Part shown: piece by piece, positions 57,469 through 64,000 of the stretch | Layout of the letters: the number at the start of each line of letters is the position of its first letter | Numbering within the stretch: the stretch's first letter is position 1 | Virus record (IMG/VR): IMGVR_UViG_3300023199_000204 | Location: 252,474 to 316,473 of that record | Reading direction: 5' to 3' (one strand) | Length of the DNA: 64,000 bases | Program-made: the position numbers and the translations under genes | The notes under the pieces: model-generated | The model's database searches: none | Told to the model about the DNA's origin: nothing | What the model saw: the letters and a program-made list of their open reading frames with translations, nothing else

Positions 57469-57923
57469 AAAGAATATTTATAGGAATGGATAGTAGTTGT
57501 AATTATGAAAGAAATAGGATATTACAATTTCTAAGTAGTGATATAATGCTATCAAATTATTCTTTTGAAGAAGTATCTGGTGATAATTATATAGAAGTGG
57601 CGGATGAGGTTTGTTCAAAAGTCAGAATAAATGGAAGTTATGGAATTTTGATATGCGAATCAGGTTCTGGCTCTGCTATGGTGGCAAACAAAAAAGTTGG
57701 GATACGGGCAGCGGTCTGTAATGATTCTTGTAGTGCTTCTCTTGTAAAGTCTCATAATGATGCTAATGTAATATGTTTAGGAGCCAAAATAATAGGAATG
57801 GATGTGCTTAAGGCGGCGATTTCCACATTTATATTAACTCCTTTTGATAAGAAATATTTAGAAAACGTTAATAAGATTAAAGTGATTGAAAACACTGAAA
57901 TTGAAAGTTGGGGTAGGAAATAA
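57462..57923 (+). CDS. rpiB: Ribose-5-phosphate isomerase B family
   Basis: GILICESGSG..ANK..GIRAA..HNDANVICLGAK; several canonical residues diverged. Confidence 0.8.
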   Translation: MVKRIFIGMDSSCNYERNRILQFLSSDIMLSNYSFEEVSGDNYIEVADEVCSKVRINGSYGILICESGSGSAMVANKKVGIRAAVCNDSCSASLVKSHNDANVICLGAKIIGMDVLKAAISTFILTPFDKKYLENVNKIKVIENTEIESWGRK

Positions 57924-57925
57924 TT

Positions 57926-58513
57926 GTGAATTATGAAAATCTTAAAGAATTAAGAAGAAGAACTCTTGCTCCGTATATTAAATGTAAATCTGCTTTGATT
58001 GACTCTAATGGTGATATAGAGAAAGCAATAAAATTGCTTCTTGAGCAAGGGTTTAAAAAACAGCGGAGACTTTTGGGCAACCCAACTGATAGTGGAATTG
58101 TTCACGCATATGTTCATCCTGGAGACAAAATAGGTGTTTTGGTTGAGCTAAAGTGTCAAACTGATTTTGTTGCTAGAACGGAAGAATTTAGAACTTTCGC
58201 TCACGAACTTTCTCTACAAGTCGCTTCAATGAAACCTAAATATATTTCAAGAGATGATGTTCTTCAAGAAGATATTGATAAGGAAAAAGAACTGCTTTTA
58301 AAAAATATGAAAAGAAAGAAGATGCCTGATGAAGATATAAAGAAGGCTTTGCCTTCTGCTATAGAAAGATGGTATGCTGAAATTTGCTTATTGGAACAAC
58401 CTTATATTAAAAACAGCATAAAGTCAGTTAAAGATGTTCTTGCCGAATTAATTAATAAAGTGGGAGAGAATTGTAGAATATCTAAATTTTCAAGATGGGA
58501 AATAGGTGAATAA
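57926..58513 (+). CDS. tsf: Elongation factor Ts (short single-domain form)
   Basis: KELRRRT.A..CKSAL, AYVH..IGVLVELKCQTDFVAR, LLEQPYIK, GEN..I.KFSR. Confidence 0.92.
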   Translation: MNYENLKELRRRTLAPYIKCKSALIDSNGDIEKAIKLLLEQGFKKQRRLLGNPTDSGIVHAYVHPGDKIGVLVELKCQTDFVARTEEFRTFAHELSLQVASMKPKYISRDDVLQEDIDKEKELLLKNMKRKKMPDEDIKKALPSAIERWYAEICLLEQPYIKNSIKSVKDVLAELINKVGENCRISKFSRWEIGE

Positions 58514-58612
58514 ATGAATGATCCTTCTAATTATCGGGACTGGGCTTATTATATCATAATGATATTATTGATTTTTACAATAGTGTCATTTTGTTCAATA
58601 TAGGAAATTAAT

Positions 58613-59059
58613 ATGAGTTATGCTGAAACAACCGAAATAATAATGCCTGGAGATACAAATCATTATGGAACGGCTTTTGGTGGGAAGATAATGGAATTAA
58701 TTGATAAAATCGCTGCCATTGCTTCTTATAGGTTTGCTAGAAATTGTGTGACTGCTTCAATAGATAGTTTGGAATTTAAACATCCTATTCAATTAGGTGA
58801 TATAATTACATTAAAAGCTCACGTTAATAAGTCTTGGAAAACTTCTATGGAAGTGGGTGTTAAAGTTATTTGTCATAGCAAGAAAACTGGGGAGGAATTT
58901 AAAGCTTGTAGAGCATTTCTAACATTTGTAGCAGTTGATGAAAATGGAAAGAGAAGAGAGATAGAGAATGAAATTAAACCAGAGACAGCACGAAATTGGA
59001 GGTGGTTTAATGAAGCAGAAGAAAGAAGAGAGTTGCGTTTAAAAGCGAGGAAGAAATGA
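58613..59059 (+). CDS. Acyl-CoA thioesterase (hotdog fold, YciA-like)
   Basis: PGDTNHYGTAFGG..D, VTASID..F..PI, TSMEV, FVAVDE. Confidence 0.85.
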   Translation: MSYAETTEIIMPGDTNHYGTAFGGKIMELIDKIAAIASYRFARNCVTASIDSLEFKHPIQLGDIITLKAHVNKSWKTSMEVGVKVICHSKKTGEEFKACRAFLTFVAVDENGKRREIENEIKPETARNWRWFNEAEERRELRLKARKK

Positions 59060-59220
59060 TTTGTAAGTATATATTTTCTTTAATAAAAAAACATTATATC
59101 TTTTATTAAGGAATTTTTAAATGAGGGAAAAGATAGTTTAAACGATGATGTTAATATGTATGATCCATTTGATGATGAATGTTTATATGATTTAAATGAC
59201 TATCATTAATAAGTAAATAC

Positions 59221-59574
59221 GGGGACGAAATGGATTCGACAGAGGCGACAAAGATAAATAAAGCAAGTAAGGGAATGTCTATTTTCTCTTTGAAAAATAT
59301 AGGCAAAAATAAGTAACGAAAATTACGCACTTGCTGCCTAATTAGGTAGCACATCTGAAGTTTTCTCTCACTCGTGACGGAACTTCAAGATGTCAAATGA
59401 ACGAGGTAATAATTATTCTTTTAGCGATTGGGAATAATTATGAAATTTTAATTGCTTCGTAATTTAGTAGCTTGTTTATGGGCGACTTTATTATTAAATT
59501 AAATCATAAACTAAACTTGTAGATGTCTTTATTATTGAGTTTCTGGACCCGGTTTTCGAAGGCCGGCGTCTCCA
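59221..59574 (+). ncRNA. ssrA: tmRNA
   Basis: GGGGACG-AAATGGATTCGAC 5' end, CGTCTCC-A 3' end with G3:U70, tag frame NENYALAA* at 59315-59341. Confidence 0.93.
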
Positions 59575-59789
59575 AATAAATAAAAGAGAGGAGTTAAAAG
59601 ATGAAAGAAGTGAAAATATTTGAATTTTCAGCAGCTAATTTTTCTAAATTGGAATCTGATATTAATGAAAAAATACGTAATGGATATAAATTAATATCAC
59701 TTTTGCTTTTATATCGGTCAGAAGACCCCTTAAAGGGAAATAAATATGAAGCCGTTTTTGAAAAACCATGAACTTAATAAATTATTAAC

Positions 59790-60487
59790 ATGAAGTTATT
59801 TTACTTTTATAAAAGAAGTAGTATAAAAAAAACAAGAATCGTCATTTGTTAATAGAATTTTTGAACCTAGAACTAATGAAACTGATGAAAAAGCATATAA
59901 TGATTTAAATTAATTAGTTAGAAATAAAAAAAACTTTGATCCTAGAAAATTTTATGGAAATACACTTTCTTTTATTTCTTTATTGGAAGCGAAAGATGTT
60001 AGAGAAATAGGTAAGGCTTTAGCCCCATGGGTAGAAATTATTATTAATGATTTCTATAAAGAATTAGGATTTGAAGTATCTTCTCCGAATGATAATGAAA
60101 ATCATGATTCTAATGTAGATGAATTAAAAAATCAATCAAAATTTAGAGGCTCTAGTTTTTATACCGAAACAACAAGAAGAAAATCAAAAAAAACGAAGGA
60201 GAACAGTCAAAAACTGGTCATGTTGCATATAATAAAGAAGAACATGATATATTTAGTATAATGATTCCTTATGGAGAATACAAAACTAAAAATAATAGAG
60301 AAGGAAATTATTCTGATATTTCTAAATGGTCTTTAATAATTGTTCCTTCATTTGATCTTATTGAAGAAGGAAAAATATATTTAAAAGGAATAATTCCTGC
60401 TAAAACTATTAAAAAGTGGGGAAAGCAAAACGCCAAGGATGTAATAAAAATTGTCAAAAATTACAAAGACGTTAAAGAGGATAGTTA
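59790..60487 (+). pseudogene. Fragmented ORF, candidate restriction endonuclease partner
   Basis: Broken reading frames abutting a methyltransferase; VDELK motif; context only. Confidence 0.3.
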
Positions 60488-61410
60488 ATGATTGATATTA
60501 ATCAATATATAATTGGAGATAATATAAATGTTTTGTCTCAAATAGAGCCCAATTCTATAACTTTATGCTATATGGATCCTCCATTTTATTCTAATAGAAC
60601 TTTGGAGATTTTAATGATAAATGGGATAATCTTAAATCATTTTCTAATTATATTAAAGATCGCGTTTGTTTAATAAAACCACTACTTAAAAAAAGCGGCA
60701 ATATAGTAATTCACATTGATCCTAAAGCTTCACATTATATAAGATTAATATTGGATGAGATATTTGGAGAGCTAAATTTTAGAAATGAAATTATATGGAA
60801 AACTACTGGAAATAAGGTAACTAAAAAATTATTATCAAGGTCTCATGATACAATTATAGTATATGGAAAATCTAAAAATACAATATATAATCAATTATAT
60901 TTTAAATATGACGAGGAATATAAAAGAAAAAGTAATGTTAAAATTTGTAAATATAATAATAAAGAATATATTACATCTGCTGCTCATAATTCACAACCAA
61001 ACAATATTGTAAGAGAAAATTTAAGATATGAGTGGAATGGTCATAATAAACAATGGTGGATTTTAAAAGAAAAAATGGAATCATTACACAATGATAATCG
61101 CTTACAGTATAACAAAAAAGGTATTCCAAGAATAAAAAGATTTTTAGATGAGATGAATGGAATTCCTTTAAGAGATGTATGGGATGATATTCCATCTATT
61201 CAAATAAATGAAAAATTAGATTATTCTACTCAAAAACCTATAGCTCTATTAGAAAGAATAATAAATATTTATTCTAATAAAAAAGATATTATATTGGACC
61301 CTTTTGCTGGAAGTGGAACAACAGGAATAGCTTCGATTAATTTGGATAGAAAATATATTTTAATAGATAAAAATAAAAAGGGTAAGAAAATATTTGAAAG
61401 TCGTTTGTAA
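60488..61410 (+). CDS. N4/N6 DNA methyltransferase, beta class, frameshifted near 60600
   Basis: DPPF; MDEIFG..FRNEIIW; YSTQKP; DPFAGSGTT. Confidence 0.88.
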
Positions 61411-61974
61411 CACAAAGGAGGACAATTATGTCAAAATACGATAATGGAATTACAAGATGTCAGTGTGGAAGACCAACACATTATAGTGCTTCAAGTTGCG
61501 AAGCTTGCTACGCAAGAGCAGCTCCATATGACGAAAGAAATCCTAATTGGCAAGTTGATGAAAAACCTTGTCCTGGTTGTTATAATGCTATGCCCAAGGG
61601 AGCAGGTATTTGTATGAGTTGCCATCAAAAATTAAACAAGAGGTAAGAAATGATTGATAAAAAAGAATTGGCGGAAAACATATATTGGAAAATTAAAAAT
61701 GACGGGTTTTTATATTGGCCAACTAATTATTGTAAGCCTGACAATGCTCCTAATTATGAAGCCAAAAAAATTATGGAAAAGATAAAAAAAACTGCCGTTA
61801 AGTTAGAAAGACTGGAAACGCAGTTATTTAATAAACTCAAGAAACATTCTGATGAAATTAAATAAGAAAAAAAATATATAGGTATTTCTAATTTTAGTTC
61901 TCTAAAACATCAAAAACCAATAATTAAATGTGATAAAAATAAAGTATAATCTACTAATAAAGGAGTATTATAGT

Positions 61975-62353
61975 ATGAAAAACTTAAAGGCTTGACAGTA
62001 AGAATTCATCGGCATCGCCGACCAAACCAACCAAGTATCATTATTGTATTGTTCGTGAAGATTTGCCTCTCGGCACGCTTTGCGCTCAATTAGTTCATTC
62101 AGCGGGAGAAACTGGACCTACGGAACCAGGGACTCACGCTGTTGTTTTATCTGCGAGAAATGAAAAGCATCTTTTAAAGATTGAACAGCGACTCACCCAT
62201 TATAAGATAAAATATCATAGCGTTCGAGAGCCTGATGCCCCTTATAATGGGGAGTTAATGGCTATCGGAATTTTCCCTACTTGCGATAGGAAATTTTTAA
62301 AGCCAGTCACTAAAAGGCTCAGATTATTAACCGAAACAAGGAGGAATAAATGA
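61975..62353 (+). CDS. Peptidyl-tRNA hydrolase 2-like protein; the RBS-linked ATG is out of frame with the main ORF
   Basis: YCIVREDLPLG..AQLVH..VVL..VREPD..MAIGI.P; AGGAG-ATG at 61975 gives MKNLKA-TGA, main ORF is in the +1 frame. Confidence 0.7.
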
Positions 62354-62759
62354 TTGACGTGAAAAAACTAAAAGAAGACCTTTATATGAAAAATCATACC
62401 CTATATTGTAGTGTTATGGCTCATTTGCGAGGCAAGCTTCATATGACGAAACTTAATGGCTCTACTTTTACAGAGGAAATATCAACAACCAATATTTGGG
62501 ATTGGTTCTCACACAAAGAAGAAGATTGGGATAGAAATTTCAGCAAAGAAGATAGAAGGCGCCATATGTTTCCTTGGACTATGGAAGACCAAGAAAAATA
62601 TGTTAAGGATACTATTGAAGAATATACAATAAAAGAAAAGGTTAAGAAAATCAACCCCGAGCCAGTTTCTTTAATTGGAAAAAGTCCAAGTTTTCTTGAT
62701 AGAGTAAAAAATGTATTTAGTAAATTAATAGCATAACATTAAGGGAAATTTTCCCTTAT

Positions 62760-62833
62760 TCACCCATAGCTTAACGGTAAAGCGTCCAGCCCTAAGCAAG
62801 CAGGAGTTCTCGGTTCGATTCCGTGTGGGTGAT
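62760..62833 (+). ncRNA. tRNA-like RNA with aberrant anticodon arm
   Basis: TCACCCA/TGGGTGA, canonical D and T arms, TCCAGC-CCTAAGCAA-GCAGGA (9-nt loop). Confidence 0.7.
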
Positions 62834-63671
62834 TGGAGTTATAATGAAAACTAAAAAACTAATTGAAATGCTTCAAAAGGCAGACCCATCAGGAGAGCAC
62901 GAAGTTTCAGTTCAGGGAATTGATATAGGTGCCGTTTATATTGAATCTGGTTATTATGATGGAGCATATCAAATTATTTCAACTGATGATGATAATAATA
63001 TTATTAAAGCAAAAATAACAGATAAAGGGAAAAATAATAATATCTCCATATTCGATAGAAAACATAATGCTTGATTATATTGATCTTTTAGTAGAATATA
63101 AACTTGGAAGCGAACAAAGAGAAAAATATTATAAAGATAAAGTATATAGATGGAGAGAAGAAGCTCATAATATAGACTTAGAAATTTATGAAGAGATGAA
63201 AGATAAGCTAGATTATAACAAAAATAAGTTTTTCTTAAAAGATATTTTAAGGGGTCAGGAAATATTGGAGCGAGATAAAAATGATAAACTTCTTTAAAAA
63301 TTTATACTATTCTTTTTTTTCTAAAACTAAAAATAAATTAAGGTATGTTTTCCCAAAGCCATCAACTTTAAAAGAGGCAATAGATATTCTTGTCTGTAAA
63401 AAATACAGAGGGCTTCTTTGGAATTCTTTTGGTCTTAGTAGAAAAATAGCAAAAGAATTAAACGAAGATAGGTTTTCAGTGAAGTTTCATCATACTCTTG
63501 GAAGGTTTTTAAGAAATTATTGGGAATTATGGGGTAATTCGAAATTAAAAAATTACTTTAACAGTATGGAAATTTTTCACCCAGACGATATGACTGATAT
63601 TATATTAACCTGTTTATATAGAGAGTTTAATAATAAGCCTTGGAATGTTAAGGAACAAGTAAAGTTATACA

Positions 63672-64000
63672 ATGATAATTAAAACAATTAATAATAAAAT
63701 AAATGTTGTAAAAAAAAATAATCTAATAAAATATTATAGAAACGGAAAACTTCATCGGACCGATGGTCCAGCAGTAGAGTGGGCTAATGGAACTAAAGAG
63801 TGGTATCAAAATGGAGAGCGTCATCGGACCGATGGTCCAGCAATAGAATATGCTGATGGAACTAAAGAGTGGTATAAAGAGGGAAAGCTTCATCGGACCG
63901 ATGGTCCAGCAATAGAATATGCTGATGGAACTAAAGAGTGGTATAAAGAGTGGTATAAAGAGGGAAAGCGTCATCGGACCGATGGTCCAGCAATAGAATA
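63672..64000 (+). CDS. Repeat protein with 22-aa LHRTDGPAIEYADGTKEWY units (truncated by the window)
   Basis: Open frame from ATG 63672; 66-bp tandem units, with one 12-nt internal duplication. Confidence 0.8.
   Translation, partial: MIIKTINNKINVVKKNNLIKYYRNGKLHRTDGPAVEWANGTKEWYQNGERHRTDGPAIEYADGTKEWYKEGKLHRTDGPAIEYADGTKEWYKEWYKEGKRHRTDGPAIE

Noticed and set aside
63723-64000. CRISPR array, or the minus-strand ORF 63723..63974
   Set aside because: The 66-bp units are in-frame coding repeats on the plus strand with no unique spacers.

Overview
AT-rich, gene-dense, almost entirely plus-strand segment that looks like the accessory/translation region of a large (jumbo-type) phage; no structural or replication genes are visible, so this is an inference. 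It holds about 37 dispersed tRNA or tRNA-like genes without encoded CCA, a tmRNA, translation-related genes (EF-Ts, an L7/L12 C-terminal fusion, an EF-Tu domain III-like protein, a PTH2-like protein, an AlaRS-like fragment), an Rnl2-type RNA ligase with an N-terminal tRNA-binding-like domain, metabolic genes (purA, rdgB, rpiB, ferritin, NifU-like), HNH/GIY-YIG nucleases, three DNA methyltransferase loci and many small hypothetical ORFs. Two features stand out. (1) Two leader-peptide attenuator-like elements (9514-9667, 24372-24553) whose leader codons match the amino acids of the tRNAs downstream of each, suggesting tRNA-depletion-sensing control of the tRNA arrays. (2) The only tRNA-Tyr(GTA) and tRNA-Lys(TTT) seen here are each interrupted at the same anticodon position by a nested, anticodon-less mini-tRNA; RNase P plus RNase Z excision would leave ends that the encoded ligase could join. 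Many frameshifts and premature stops point to sequencing error or gene decay, so single-base conclusions are uncertain. All structures were folded by eye.
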